A stretch of 64,000 nt of DNA from positions 571,061 through 635,060 of the forward strand of contig MU058423.1 of NCBI GenBank assembly GCA_013265495.1. Reading direction: 5' to 3'. The notes under the pieces were generated by a model that saw nothing but the letters and a program-made list of their open reading frames with translations, was not told the DNA's origin and did no database searches. Source of the stretch: Vicugna vicugna (Eukaryota). Made by a program: the position numbers and the translations under genes. Below, in pieces: positions 22,221-35,640 of the stretch. How positions within the stretch are numbered: the stretch's first letter is position 1; every line of letters starts with the position of its first letter.

Positions 22221-25200
22221 AAAGAAAGCACAGGGTATTTATTATGGAACAAGAGATTCAGTTGACTAAGGGGAAGGATTCATGGAAGTAATGGAAGATA
22301 AAGTTGGAAAGAAATGTTGGGGTCAAATTATGAAGGGCTCTGAATAAAGGCTTTGGATGCCATCTTAAGAACTATGAATTCTAGGTCACAGAGAATGATA
22401 TAACTGGGTTGAATGTGTTTAATTTGAGGAACATGGAAATGGTCCCGTCCACGTATAATATCCCTCCCTTTAGCCCAGTAGAGTTTAATTTGACTTTCCA
22501 ACAGATACTAAATCATTTGGAGTAACATGTCCTGGGGATTGGACAGCTCCTGAATATAAACATTTATTCACCCCTTAGTGTAAACTAGTAAAATGGCCAC
22601 ATTCCTAGTAATAACTCATGAAAATCAGACAATTTGGGCTGTATTTATAAAAGGAGGCACTGTCTTTGGAAGGCAGAATTTGAGAGCATTCTCTAATATA
22701 GTACTTGGAGCAACAGACTAGGACCACGAAAAGATAACAACACACCACAGGAGGCAACCACAGAATAATACATATCAATGATGGTAACTAATTTACAATT
22801 CACAAATCAACTTCACCTCCTTTATTTCATTTTATCCTCACAGCCATTCCAAGAGAGCGTTGAGACAGTGTTATTTTTATCAGCAAGGACACTGGACATC
22901 GCAGAGCTTCATGCCCAAAGGTCACGAGGTCTCTGAAATCCAAGTGTTCTGTTCATCACTCTACAAAGCTCACCTATTTCACATTCTTGCCAAAGCCCAG
23001 CCCTTCAGGGAGTTAAACCTTTGGTTTTTCTATTAAATGCTATCTAAATGCTATCATGTGTTTGAGATTGCCACCCTTGAAGCCATCAACACTGACAGAT
23101 CTGTGCATGACAAAACAAGGCAGCTCAGCTGGTCCTAGTGTTGACTTTTCCATCTTTGAACTTCTATTTTATGTTTTATTTGTAGGTAGATTTTCAGGAT
23201 AAATGGAGCAGAGAGAAGGGATATGAGTGGTTACAGAGGCTGAAAGAGTATTATTATTTTTATCAAAATGCAGAATATTTAATATTAAATTTGTTGCTTT
23301 GGCATGTTGCTGGCATTTGGAGGGAGAGAACTTGGAGTCAAACCATTGCTAGAGTCCTGATTGTGCAGTTACTAATACTGCATGACTGATAGGCTTATTA
23401 CCCCCAAACTCAGAGCAGCTCATTTTCTGTTGAGTCTCCCCATGGCTCTTCTCCCCATGGAGACCTCAGCTTCCTGACACTGGAGGCTGGAGCTAGAAAC
23501 AGATGCTTGTGGATCTCACTGCAGCCCGAAGTGAACTGTCTGAAAGCTTGGGGCTGGTGTGGCAGGAAAGGAAGCCCTTTGTTAAACTCATTCTTGCACT
23601 CAGGGAGGCAGAAAGAAAGGGATCTGCCAAAAGAGAAAGAGCCCATGACTCATTTCTGCAGTAACATAGTTGACAGAGCATTTGCACCCGGGTTATCTCC
23701 TCAAGTCTTCAGGACAACCCAAGGAGGCAGGCAGAGCAGACAGCACCTTGAGGAGACTTGAGGCTGAGAGAAGCGAAGTGCTTCTCCCAAAGCCATCTGG
23801 CTGGAGAATGCCCAGGCTAGCGCACGAACGCAGAGCACCCGAGACCAGGTCCAAAGTGCTTTCTGCCACACCGTGGGCTTTCTAGGGAATGGAAAGCTCT
23901 CCAGACTCAGAGAGCACTCTTGTTCCGTTTCACCCCACTCTGACCATTTCTTTTTGAAACATTGGCAAGGTGCACTTTTAGTTGTAAGTTTAAATGTCCA
24001 ACTCTGGTGTCACCATTTCCACAAAGCTGTCCTTCTTGACCTTCACGTCTCAGCTTGGGATTACATGCCCCTCCACCGGATTCTCACCTAACCTTTACCT
24101 TGATGACATCACTTATTACTTATTTGCTTACTTATCACTAGTTGGTTTACTTGGTCTCAGCTACGAAGCTGTGTGCTGCTCTGGATCTGGGTCTTATTCA
24201 TCGTCTCTCCCTGGTGCTTAGAACTATTCCTAAAACATGGTTGGTGGACAATAGAATTTGAGCTAAATGCCCTTGTCTGAGTCCTTTGTCCCTGCATGCA
24301 GGTAGGGTCTCTCTTTCCCTCTTCACATTTTCATGTCTCCTACTCCCCACTCTCAAGAAAGGATCATATGCTCCCGCTCACTGTGAGCTTTAAGTGACTG
24401 ATAACTTGAGCTCAGGAGCATTCCTTGAAGTGTCTGCCTTTTAAAAATCAGTTGACACTACTCTTGTAGAATTTCCAGGGCTGGGAATCCAGTAGGCATT
24501 TTTTTAGTGGTAGCAGTGGTAGGGGTGTGTTGTCGAGAGAAAACTGATGTTCCTCTGATGTATCACTGCAATGCAAAGTGACCAGATAAAGGGGAAGGTG
24601 TGTCTCTGAGACCACTGGTCTCTTATCTGTGAGAGACTGTGGGGTACATCTATCAGAACAGGAAGTGTATGTGTGTGTGAGTGTAAGTATGCACCTGTGC
24701 TCCCTTGAGCACTAGAACAAGAAGGAAAAGGAGAGAAGACGAACCATGCACAGTCTCTCTCTCTCCCCTAGAGACAAAGCCATCAAATAAAGGGCCCCAG
24801 AGGGAAGAAGCCTAATATAGTTGGAGCCAGCCACCTTCTCCCTTCTCTGCCTTTTTTCTCTGCTGAAACATCTGAGCAGACCCTGGCCAGCCCTCATGCC
24901 CATCTGGCATTTAGGAATGCCTAAATCAGATCACCATCGGCCTCCTGGATGGATCCAATAAACTTCCCAGTACGGAGGGCAGTGCGGGCATAGAGCAGGC
25001 TGGAGGAAAGGACTGCACCAGTCTGCCGGGGAGAACACAGAATGGCATTCATTCACTCTCCAGAACACCGTGGACGTTTAATGCCCACAAGCACGTGCTC
25101 TGGGCATTCAGCCTCCTGCCCTTCTGGGTGCACACACCCTCTCAGTCACAGGCACACTTGTTCGTTATTGGTTTAACCACCCTGTGGGGTGTGCCTACCC

Positions 25201-25289
25201 CCTCTGGGTGCTGGGAGGGTTACTGCATGGGGGAGATGGCACTGGACAGGCCCCAGGACCTCACCTGCACCTCCCTTCCTAACGCTGTC

Positions 25290-25420
25290 CTCAGCCCTGC
25301 TTAGGCTGTAAGCTCCTAAGGGCAGTGTCTGGGTCTTAATCATCTCTCTCACTCTAAATATCTTGAGCGATACTTTGCCCATCAGTCTTACATACACATT
25401 TCTTGAAGGAATAAATAAAT
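25290..25420 (+). mobile_element. L2 3' end
   Basis: 'taggctgtaagctcctaagggcag..tgtc...ttgaaggaataaat'. Confidence 0.65.
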
Positions 25421-25739
25421 AAATTTTAATAGATGAAGTGCAAGATATGGCCTCTACCTTTAAGAAGTTCAAAGTCTATTAAGGGAGAATATACTTAAAA
25501 AGACTTCCAAGATCTCTTCCAATTTTTTGAATTTGTCTTTTGTGAAATATTTGCAATACAATGCAGAATGGAACCCATTCCATAGAAGTCTGTATATTGT
25601 CAAAAGAGAGAAGGAACTCACCTTTAGATTCAACCAATTATTGAGTATCTGCTATTTGTCTGATAGGCACTTCTGAATTATTACCTCACTTCAGTTTGAC
25701 AATAATTCTTATCCAGGGTGCACTGTAGCTTAATGATAA

Positions 25740-25985
25740 TAGTAGGTATTGTTTACCTAGAGTTGCTCTGTGCCAGGCAGTATGCTGAACCCTGTGTATG
25801 AATGCTCTCATTTAATCCCCTGCAACAAGCCTGTCACTAGGATATTATTTTTCCCTTTTAGCAATCAGGAAACTGAGGCTGAAGGACAGTAAACAGTGTC
25901 CAAGAGACACGGTGGTAGTTACTGGCTGCCTTGGGGCTTGAACTCTCTACCTGTCTGACATCAGTATCTGGGCTTTTCATCACTT
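25740..25985 (-). mobile_element. MIR SINE
   Basis: 'tgtgccaggcagtatgct..tctcatttaatcc..caacaagcctgt..ggaaactgaggct'. Confidence 0.85.
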
Positions 25986-25999
25986 TGGCTGGGATGGGT

Positions 26000-26200
26000 A
26001 TGGACTTTGGGAACATGTCCTACGTTTGGCTCCTGACCCATCGCTTTCTGGCTACATGATCTTGGGAACTTCATGTTCTCTGAGCTCCAATTCCTTGATT
26101 TGCAAAATGGGAATAGTAAACACTACCGCAAAAGGTTGTCGTAGGATTAAATGAAATGATGTACGTCCTTGCCGGTCACATAGTAGGTGTCAAATGCCTG
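26000..26200 (+). mobile_element. MIR SINE
   Basis: 'tctctgagctccaattcctt..tgcaaaatgggaatagtaa..ggttgtcgtaggattaaatgaaatgatgta..acatagtagg'. Confidence 0.85.
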
Positions 26201-26224
26201 TTAGTTCTCGTCTTTTTGAAAAGA

Positions 26225-27350
26225 AAGTAACTTTAAAAAATGGACCAGCAAATAAGCACTTGTCCTTCAGACCTGCCCTGTTGGATCACCCTTCCCTGCC
26301 CGGGGCCAGATTCTCTAGCTTTTCCAGTCCCTTTCAGATATTAGAAGTTTTGTTTTCAGGTATTAAAAAAGCCAGGTGGATCTAAATCAATACTTTCATT
26401 TCACATCTAATTTAAGCTTTTCTCCTTCCCTGCCCGTGCTCAGTAACCGGCGGTGGAGTAGGGGTGGGGTTGTTTATTCCTTTTAGCTCCCTGCTGCATC
26501 ACATCCCACCTACTGGTCACTGCCTGGGGCTCCTCTAGGGCTGGGGCGGGAGAAGATATAAGAGGAAGGAGACATCGGACTGCACTGGCGCTGCTGTAAT
26601 TTGGTAGCAGGGTCCTCCACATGCTCTTTGGGTGCTCAAATGCTGGCTCTTTCCCTGGGGTGCTTTTGCAGGTTCTTTAAAGGTCTCCCTCATGGTACCC
26701 CAACACTGGGGCCTCTGGATGACCTCCAGTGACTTCCCCTAGGCTCCTCCAGTGTCACCCCCTAGCCTCTGTGCTGGGGGTCACTTCACCCCAGCAGGTA
26801 GTCCTCCAGGCCAGATTCCCCTCCGAACAACTCATGTCCGGCTCCTGCTGTGACATCCATTTATCCCAGGGAAGGCTCCACCAGACAGGACACTCAGGCT
26901 TTCATACGGGCGGCTCCAGCCTACCCTTCTCCTTCTGACTCTGCCAGGTGAGGATCCAATGCCAGTCTCCCGTCCCTATGCCCCTCCGGCTCCCCAGATT
27001 CTCCAGAAACTGTTGCCCTGCTTGGCTCCTGTCCCAAGGAGCAAAAATTTCCCTCTCCCCTTTGCAATGCCTTCTGGAAGTGATTCTCTTTAAGGCTGAG
27101 GTGAGGGGGCAGCAATCAGGACCACTTTCTAGGCCAATAGCTCCCAGTGGAACCCCTGCCTGACCGTCCTTGATTAACCTCCCGCCTTCTCTTATATATG
27201 AGATTGAGGTGGGTGATGGGATAAAGGTCACAAATTAAATTTCCCTCTTTCTCAGTAAGCCCCGCAGATGATACGTGTCCAGGCACCCTCTTTAGAAAGT
27301 GTGGGCACTTAATCATCATTTTCTTCAGTTTTGGGACTTCAGTCTAAACA
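26225..27350 (-). mobile_element. MamGypLTR-type ancient Gypsy-like LTR
   Basis: Minus strand reads 'aaagaacctgcaaaagcacccca..gaaagagccagcatttgagcacc..aaattacagcagcgccagt..ggagaaaagcttaaatt..gactggaaaagctagagaatctg..taaagttacttt', collinear with recalled MamGypLTR consensus. Confidence 0.6.
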
Positions 27351-27399
27351 CCAAAAGAATAATAAAAAGTTAACATGCAATTACAATTCTCTCTCTCTC

Positions 27400-29880
27400 C
27401 CTATGTACAGTGCATATATTTTTCTAACCCAAATGGTACTACAAGAGTAATAACAGGAAAGAGCAGTCGCCTCTCTTATCCATCCTGTCTCAGCGTCCCT
27501 TTTCACCAAAGCAAACACTTCCAACTTTTCTATTTATTTTGATAATTACATCCTTATTTCCAAATAATATACATTTATGATTATTTCTTGATTTCTAAAT
27601 TTTAGATATTATTGTCTTCCTAATGCAGAAGAGGAGAATTCAGATCTTTTCACTATACTCCCTCCTTGCACCCACTCCTACCACAGACGTTTCCTTTCCC
27701 CCACCTTCCCCATGTAGTTATGTAACGTTTGGGGATTAAAACGTGTATCTGTTATTGTTGCTATGTAAATGTTAACACTTAAACCACATAGTGTACTGAT
27801 TATGTTTCTGTTCTTAAATAACATTTTTCCCCCTAGAATCAATCTTTGCTCATTTAGTTGTTTGCTTAGTATGTGATACATAAATAATTCATCTTCACAC
27901 TCCTTGACAAAACTATCAAACTCCTCTCAATAAAGTTGAACACATGAGACGATCTATTCTATCTTTTTCTGGGAAAAATACCTACAAAGCCTTCATCTAT
28001 CCTGTCCTCTCTGGACTGGCTACACTCCAGGGCTTTCTCCACAGCTCTTCTCCTGGGAATTTCCTTCACTGAGAAATCAAGCCTTTCAGCTGTGTTAGAG
28101 CTTCTCTTTCCTGATTTGATCTCTTTCTCTTTCTTGGGTTTTGTTTTTTGTTTTTGTTTTTGTTTTTTTCCATTTTGATGGAATGCATCCTTCAGGAGAA
28201 AAGCTCATAATAGGTAAAGTTTTTCAGACCTTGCTGAAAATGTCAGACAGGAGGAGAGAAAGTTTGGTTGGATAGTGAATTCTAGGTTAGAAGCAATTCT
28301 TTCCTCTCAGAATTTTAAAGGTATTGGCTTGCTGTCTTCTAACTTCCAATGTTTCTGCTGATAGAGCTAACACCATTTTGGTATCTGATTTTTTTATATC
28401 TATTTTTTCCTCTTTGTCTTCTTTTTATCTTTACCTTCTCTTTACCTTTTTTATTCTGAAATTATGTGTCTTGATATGGTTCTTTAAAAATTCATTGTAC
28501 TAAATGTGCTATGTGTCCCCTCATTTTTTCTCTAGAATTTTTATTAGCTGGATATCAGACCTCAAATTGATTCCTCATATATTTTTCTTTCTGTCAGTTT
28601 ATTAAAGCTTTTATTTTTGCTCCTATACTTTTAATTTATAAACATCATCTTATGGCTTAAAAATTTTTTTATAATACTTTTCTTGTTCTTTGTAATATCG
28701 TCTGTTTTAGGAAATTATAGTTAATTTTTTTTTCTGTTTTCTACATTGTCTATTTCCTTAAAATTTATCATTTCCATTTGTTTCTCTGGATTCTGTCTTC
28801 TAGTATTTAGACTCTCAGTTAATCTCCAAGTTTTCATTAAGGTGACTCAGTCCTGTCCTCAACTGTGCCTGATGTCCCCAAGTCCAAAGTCTTCTGTAAA
28901 CTTCTCCAATGAATAAACTTAACTCAAGACTTAACGCAGCGTGGTGGAGGTTTAGTTTCTTGGCATCTTGACTGCAGGTGGATCTGGGGTTCTGGGCTTT
29001 TTACTTAAACGTTGAAATATCCTGTCTTTATCCCCATGCCTCACGCTTGCCTGCAGAGTGACCTGGAAGCTGTCCATTCTTGGATCTTTTGGTGGTTTTG
29101 TGTTGATGTCTCAGCTTGGTTTCCTCAGGAACATAGCCTTTATGTACTGTATACAGTCCCAGGGATGCAGAAGTCAGGAAACTGGGAGGGAGGCAGGGAA
29201 GGAGGGGGAGTCAACGCAAACATGTGTTACTGTGCTGGCCCCCACTTGGGTCAAGGGCAACTGGTTCTTCAGTCTTGCAAGACTGACTTTCAAAAATTGC
29301 ACTTTGGTACAATCTATCTGAGGGAAGGAAGCAAGAAGAATGTATCCACTGGTCCCTTGCTCCTGCTAGTCAAACTTTACCCTCTAGGGAGTTGATTTCC
29401 CTGCAGCTCTGAGTTGCTTCTGAGGGGCACTGAACCAGTCCCATAGCCCCAGCAGGAAAGCTCCTGGGGGCAGCCGAACAGTATAGTGCAATTGTGAGAG
29501 GGGTGCTCTTGGATTCTGCCTGAGTAAATTTGCTTAGATCCCATGCACAGCTGGCCATGACACACTGGATGGTGAGGATCAATGGTGAAAGGTGAGACCA
29601 AGATGCTTAAGAGGCATTTGATATAGGTGGGGACCAGCTTGCCTCTCATTAACTTCCTCACTGTAGAAATTTAGGTTCCTCCACTCTGCTAAATCAGCTA
29701 TCTCTTTTCCATCTGTTTTCTAATTTCTAAAATTATGTTGATATTTCTCACTTGCTGCGCTCTCTACTTCCATGTTCCTTGTCCCTGTGGATTTTTAAAA
29801 TAATTTTCAATCATTTTAGAAATTTCAAGTTTTGAGAGGAAATAGATGCAAAACTTGGGTGTTTATTTTCTCATGAATCA
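27400..29880 (-). mobile_element. Ancient L1ME-type fragments, interrupted by an LTR
   Basis: T-rich antisense L1M motifs 'tttggttggatagtgaattctaggttagaa', 'ctctcagaattttaaaggtatt..ctgtcttctaacttccaatgtt', 'ttttattctgaaatt..gtgtcttgatatgg'. Confidence 0.7.
29107..29625 (-). mobile_element. ERVL solo LTR (LTR40/LTR41-like)
   Basis: Collinear with the LTR at 63181; both share 'aatgtatccactg', 'ctagtcaaa' and 'atcccatgca.agct'. Confidence 0.7.
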
Positions 29881-30589
29881 AGTTCTGTAGCAGCATGTAG
29901 AATGATTTTTATGAGCACCTTGGTCTCCTCTGCCCACTCTCCATTCATTCTGATCCTTAAAGTTCCATTTTTTTCTTTTTGTCCCTGGTGTGAAAGTAGT
30001 CCTTTATGTCTATGTGTGGTGGGGTCCATCATCGAGCTTTCTTGGTCACTTGCTCCATTAGAGAAGGTGGAATCTCTTTGGATGTGTGGTAGTGGATTCT
30101 AGAAGGCAACCTAAGACAGTGGAACTTTAGCTATGACTCAAGGGTTCCATATGACTTCCCCGGAGGAAAATGGGATGTGGAGACAGGTGGGACTTTCCAA
30201 CATAAAGAAGAGCAAGGAGTAAAGATGGAGAAGTAGAAAGAGCACATTATGCTCAAAGATTGGCCAGTAGCTTTGATTGGTGTTTGGGGTATTGCTGGGT
30301 ATGAGGTTGGAGAGGTTGCTTTTGGAGGGCCTTGCATGCCAGCTTGAGGAGTTGGGACTATTCTGTGTGCAGTGTGAGTGCTGGAGTGCTGAGTGACCCA
30401 ATCCTGTCAGTGCTTTGGGAAGATTAACCCAGTAGTCGTGGCCTGGGAGCTAAAGGAGGTAGAACTGGAGGCTGTGAATGACTTGAGGAATGTGGTAAAA
30501 ATTTTGAAGAGAAATTGGGGGGCAGACTTGGAGGACACCAAAAGAACATTTAAAGTTTTGCTGAGCAGTTCTAAGCCTTGAGGGTCAGC

Positions 30590-30890
30590 TTGCATGTGCT
30601 CCATACAGCCAACTTCCTCTCATCCTTCAAGAGTCACTTCAAAGTTCACCTCCTCCAGGAAGCCTTCACTGCCACCCTCCCTAGGGAGACTCAGGGGCCC
30701 TTCCTCTGCACTGCCATGGTGACTGGGCTTGGATCCACCATAACATTTAGATTAAACTGTAGATATTGAGCTTGTCTGAAAGCTCCTTTTGTGTAGGGCC
30801 TGTGTTTTATTCAACCATGTGAACCCAAAGATTAGCTCAAAGTGTTGCCCATGGTAGATGCTCAATAGATGTTTGTTGAATTAGTGAATG
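30590..30890 (+). mobile_element. L2 3' end
   Basis: 'ctcatccttcaaga..cacctcctccaggaagccttc...gtagatgctcaatagatgtttgttgaat'. Confidence 0.8.
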
Positions 30891-31119
30891 GTAAGTCTAC
30901 AGGTGCCCTGTTAAAATGTATTTCCTGACATTCTCTGGCAATGGTCAGCAGCTTGGAGCAGGAGCAGGGGAAGCAGTCAGAGGAGCTAGGTCAAGATCAG
31001 GGTGGTTCTTAAGCCATTGGGACTCTAAGATGTCAGAGGGGGCAGCATCAAAACAGACTCTGCAGACTGTCTAGATCAAGAGGTACCCCTCGTGGACATA
31101 GGCGATAGCTGTAATTGTC

Positions 31120-31330
31120 AGTAGCATTTATTGATTACAAGGGAGCATTTCCGTTCCTTGTGTCATGAGGTCGTGACAGCCTCTGAGATAGGGATGGCCT
31201 GTGTTACCACACCCACTTTACAGGTGAGTCAGCTGGGACTCAGGTCACACAGGAATACGAAATATCAAAATCAGAACTTGATCATGTATCCAACTTTCCA
31301 TTCAAGGCTCCTTCGGCTTTGTCACATGCA
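31120..31330 (-). mobile_element. MIR fragment
   Basis: 'cccactttacaggtgag..ctgggactcaggtcacacag'. Confidence 0.55.
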
Positions 31331-31973
31331 TTCCTAACACACGTACACTTGGCAGGTGCTCAGGCGAGCACGGACAAGCCTGCACTCACAGCAGTGCCCG
31401 CAGAATCACAGAGCCTAAGAGTTGGGGCGGTAACAGTTCACTTCATCCTGAGTCTTCCCCAGACCCAGGTCTCAGGCTGTCAGGCTGCATACGCTGCCAG
31501 AGAAAGAGGAAGGGAAATCAAAGACTCTCCTTGACAGCTCCCATTAAGTGAAATATGAGGTGAAATGGAACGAAATAAAACTGGGGAATGAGATGACACA
31601 GGGTTTTTCTATCTGATGGAAAACGTTTGAAAGCCATTGGCCTGATTGCCACCCATTCATCCCCCGTCTCAGCTGGCGCAGACCCTCTGTGCCAGTCCCT
31701 TCCTCACCAGAGAGAAGAGCTTTTTGGAAAGGGGGTGCTCCTGCCAAGTCAGTTCGGAAGAGCGCCTGTGTTATGGGCAGGCTTCAGGCCTCCTCTCCAC
31801 TAGTTTTCTGACTTCAGCTGCTAAGTTCCCATTCCAGTGTGGCCCTGCTCCCAACACCTTCTCTTTCTAGTTCCTGTTTCCTATGTGGTCTCCACCTTCC
31901 CAGAGCAGCCCTGCATTCCCAGACCTTGTTCTCCCATTCCCAGCAAGTCCCCTCATTCTACAGTATTCACTGA

Positions 31974-32128
31974 GGGGAGAGTACAGCACAGTGGTAGAGT
32001 GTGTGCTTAGCATGCGTGAGGTCCTGGGTTCAATCCCCAGTACCTCCATTCAAAAAAAAGAATTAAAAAATAAATAAATAAACTTAATTACTTCCCCCAC
32101 CAACAAACAAAGAAATTAAAAAAAAAAA
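31974..32128 (+). mobile_element. tRNA-Ala-derived SINE, Vic-1 type (camelid-specific)
   Basis: GGGGAGAG start, degenerate A box (tacagcacagtgg), AGC anticodon loop (cttagcat), B box ggttcaatccc, then 'taaataaataaacttaattacttccccc' and A-rich tail typical of Vic-1. Confidence 0.85.
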
Positions 32129-33609
32129 TCAACAGCAGCCCATTCTTTGGATCACCCTTCATTTCCAGATCATCCCACATTCCAAGCCCATTTCTCTCAT
32201 TCTTAACTCAGGCTCCCATTTTCAGGGCAGTCCTCCATCCCTGAGACCTAGCACCCAGTTCAAAGAGCAACCCACGGGTTTCCCAGGTCACTCTCTGCAT
32301 CCCTGGCCCCACCTGAGCGCAGCCCCGGTTTGTGGGGATTTTGGTGGGTTTCCTGGTCCCCTCAGCCCCCCTCCCCCAAGCCAATCTTTTCATTTTGCCA
32401 TCACCTCCTACCCCCTAGGTGAGTGAGAACCACAGAGCAGTTTGCAAGGCCTAGGGTATGAGGAGCTATAAGACCACTGAGAATTAAAACAAGTTCAGAC
32501 AAATCAGCTCGGGCCTCATGGAAGGGTCTTCCTAATTTTCTAAAGCTTTATTTCAATCTGAGCCTAGGAAGAGGTTTGATACTCTTTTCTGTCTTCTCCA
32601 CCCCTGACCACCGTGGCAGGGACAGGAGTCATTGCCACTTTCTGTTAGGACTAGATTTGAGAATTACCTTCCCTGCTCCAGCTTCCCTCTTTAATCCGTG
32701 CTTCTCACATCAATACTAATCATCCCTCCTGAATGCCATTTTTATTTCATTAATTACCAGCTGAAAAAAAGTCCATCCTGGTCCCTAACGCTCTCCTTAC
32801 AGATCTTTCTCCATGTATCACAAAATAGCCACTCTTGCCTCTCTCCTGTCTAACTACTCTCCTGCACTTGACATCAGAAAGACTATTTTCCTCATCTCTT
32901 GTGCACCAGCTCTGTGACCTTGGGAAAGTCACGAAGTTGCTGTGCTCCCGCTGAAATTGGGGAGTCTTCTCTTGTGTCCTGGAGAGCTGAGAGAACGTGT
33001 CTGGAAGTGCTGAGCGCGCGGTGCCCAGTAAGAGGTCTGCCTTCCTCTCATCTGCTGGCTCTGTTAGTCGGTGCCAGGCCAGCCCAGGCCAGTCAGCCCC
33101 TGCCTCCAACACGTGGCTTGCTCTCCACTGAGAAAGACTACCTCGCTGAAATTGACCCAAGAAAAAGAGGGCTTTCAGGAAGGACACGCAGGTGTCTCTG
33201 AGGGCCCGGGGGCACGAGGAACAACGGGGAGCTGGAGGTCAGCCCCGACAAGCCCTCTCTCCATCGGTCTGCACTGTGTGGTGCCACCTCCTCTCTCCTA
33301 TTCCACTCGACCAGCCCCATCGCTCCCTGCAGACTGGCTTTTCTGGCATAGTGTGCACATGGCAGAAATGGCCCCCCAGCCTTGCTTGCCACGCTCCCTC
33401 AATCCTAGTACTGAAGACCAACTAACCCCTGAGTTCCCAACTCCAAACCTGTGATGCCACATGCCCAGTTTGCCTCCTGTCCCTCTAGCCACTCCTCCAA
33501 GCCTTCGCAGGGTTACTCCCCTTTCAGCCTCTTCTGCTCCCGTCCTATGCTAGCTCCCTAGGTGATGCGGGGAGGGGAGCAGGCATGACCACTCCCAGGT
33601 ATTCACTGA

Positions 33610-34860
33610 GCACGCTGATGATTCCCAAACGTGTAAACCTCCCCAGACCCCTTTTCTGAGCTCAAGACCCACGAATCCAGTGTCCTGCTTTGATGTCTTC
33701 ATTTTTTTGCCTCAAAGGCACTTCTGATTTCATATGTGCCAAGCAAAGCCCATGCTCTTTCCACCCATCCCACCGCCACCCCCATCCAGTTAGGTACTTT
33801 CCCTGTGTCCCACATGTCATTATCCACCCAGGGGTGAGCTCTCTGTCATCCTTGTCACCTCCCCTTCCTTCATTCCCTATATCTAAGCCATCATCAAATT
33901 TATAGATTCTACTTCCCAAATATCTCTTGATTCGGTCCTCCTCTCTCCATCTTCCTTGACACTCTCCTTATTCAAGCTACCATTATCTCTTTTATTTATT
34001 TATTTTTATTCATTGTAAATTACTACTATAGCTTCTTAACTAATCTCCCCTGAGCCACTTTTGCCCCTTCTCTCATATGCTGGGCATTCTTTATATTGGG
34101 CCAGAAGGAATTAAAAAAAACCAAATCTGATCCTTGCTTAAAACCCCTTAATGAATTCCCCTTGAGCTTAGACTGGTTGTAATTATCCTAAATAGAATTG
34201 TGATTCATCAGCCATCCTTGTATCAAAAGTCCTAAATCCTTGACATCCTGCCTTTTCTGGCCTGCCTGTCCCTCCAACTTCATCTTTTGGGTGCTCTCTT
34301 GACCCTTTACTCCCTTCATTCCTGCCACACTGGCTGTCTTTTAGTCTAGACCAATGAGAGCAAACTCGGTGGAAAAAAAATTTCTGGGCCACCACCCATG
34401 ATGGTATATTGTTAAAGCACCAGTGCCTTGTGCTGGCTTCCTCTCTGCCTTTGCCTTTCCTTGGTCTTGTTTTCAGTTTCTTAGAAGTGGTGATCTCCCT
34501 CAGATGTTGGGCCTCTACCCGGGAAATTATACCCTCCTACCCCATTGTGTTTAAATCCTGCTCAGGCCTCTGCTTGCGGCTAAAATAGCACTTCTTCAAA
34601 GGAAGACTTTCTTGATCTTCCAACGTTGTTGGGTCAATTTTGTCAAGCACTCTCAGCATCCTGCCCTGTAACTGTCATCCAGAGCACTCAATTATCACAG
34701 TCGAATTTTACAATTTCCTCACCATTTGATTAATATCATTCTCTACTAGAATGTAGTTTAGATGCAAAGAGGTCATGTCTAGTTATTTCTCACCGTTGTA
34801 TCCTCACTATCTAACACCGTGTCTTCTATTACTAGGAATTCAATAAAAATGCATGAATGT
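33610..34860 (+). mobile_element. L2 LINE 3' ~1.2 kb
   Basis: 'gctgatgattcccaaa..ccagaccc..ctgagctcaagacc', 'cttcccaaatatctcttga', 'tgcttaaaaccccttaatg', tail 'tcaataaaaatgcatgaatg'. Confidence 0.85.
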
Positions 34861-35569
34861 CCCAGCTTGGGTTGGGTCCATGCCTGGGGCTGTAGAGATT
34901 GGAATCTAAGGGAAGGTGGGCCAAGTCTATCAACTTCCCATGAGCAACAGGTACTGACAAAGGCTAGGAAGTTGTTGGACACCATGTGTGTTGGAGATTT
35001 TCAAGTTATTAAGAGTCTGAGTGTCTCTCTAGATTTTCAAGATGCATAAAATATCCTGTATGAGAGTAAAGAGAGTATGATAGTAATTGGACTGTGAGAA
35101 AAGGACCCGTCATTCTTTATGTCCGTTGATACAGTGAAGGTTCATTCACTCATTCAACAAATATTTACTGAGCCTCTTCTGTAGCCTGGCATATAGTAGG
35201 AATCTACAGCAAGCAGGATGCCTCTAGATGTTATTTGTTATAATCTTGTTTCCACAGTTCTTGATCTGTCAAGAATTCCCAAATTGTCAGCCTGACAGTC
35301 GAGAATATATTCTTCCTGTGGTCATAAACTCACATTCTTCTCAATTCTGAGAATCACCCATCTTTCTCCAATAACACCTCCAATCCCATAAATGGCTCCC
35401 TGATGCACCTTCAGGCTCCAGATTCTGAGCAGCAGAGACAAAAGGGAAACTGCCATCAACTCAAACGTCAGACTGAAAACCCATTCCCTGTAAGCCCTCG
35501 CTCTGGGATTTTCTAGTAGTCTGGGTGGAGGGCACTTTCCACCAGAGCCACCAAATTTGCATGCTTGTG

Positions 35570-35640
35570 GAAGAAAGGAAGAAAGGGAGGGAGGGAGGAG
35601 GGGAAGGAAAGAGGGAGGGAGGGGGAGGAAGGCAAGAAAG
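35570..35640. repeat. GA-rich low-complexity (polypurine) tract
   Basis: Read directly from the sequence. Confidence 0.8.

Noticed and set aside
22646..22654. Canonical TATAAAAGG box
   Set aside because: Isolated short motif in AT-rich DNA with no supporting promoter or exon context.
26540..27200. GC box + TATAAGA on plus (~26544-26563) and TATATAAGA on minus (~27190) as host promoters
   Set aside because: Both lie within the MamGypLTR-like element, and no downstream gene structure is evident.
31974..32050. Functional tRNA-Ala gene
   Set aside because: Mutated A box and stems, SINE-specific tail and poly(A), no T-run terminator: this is a SINE.
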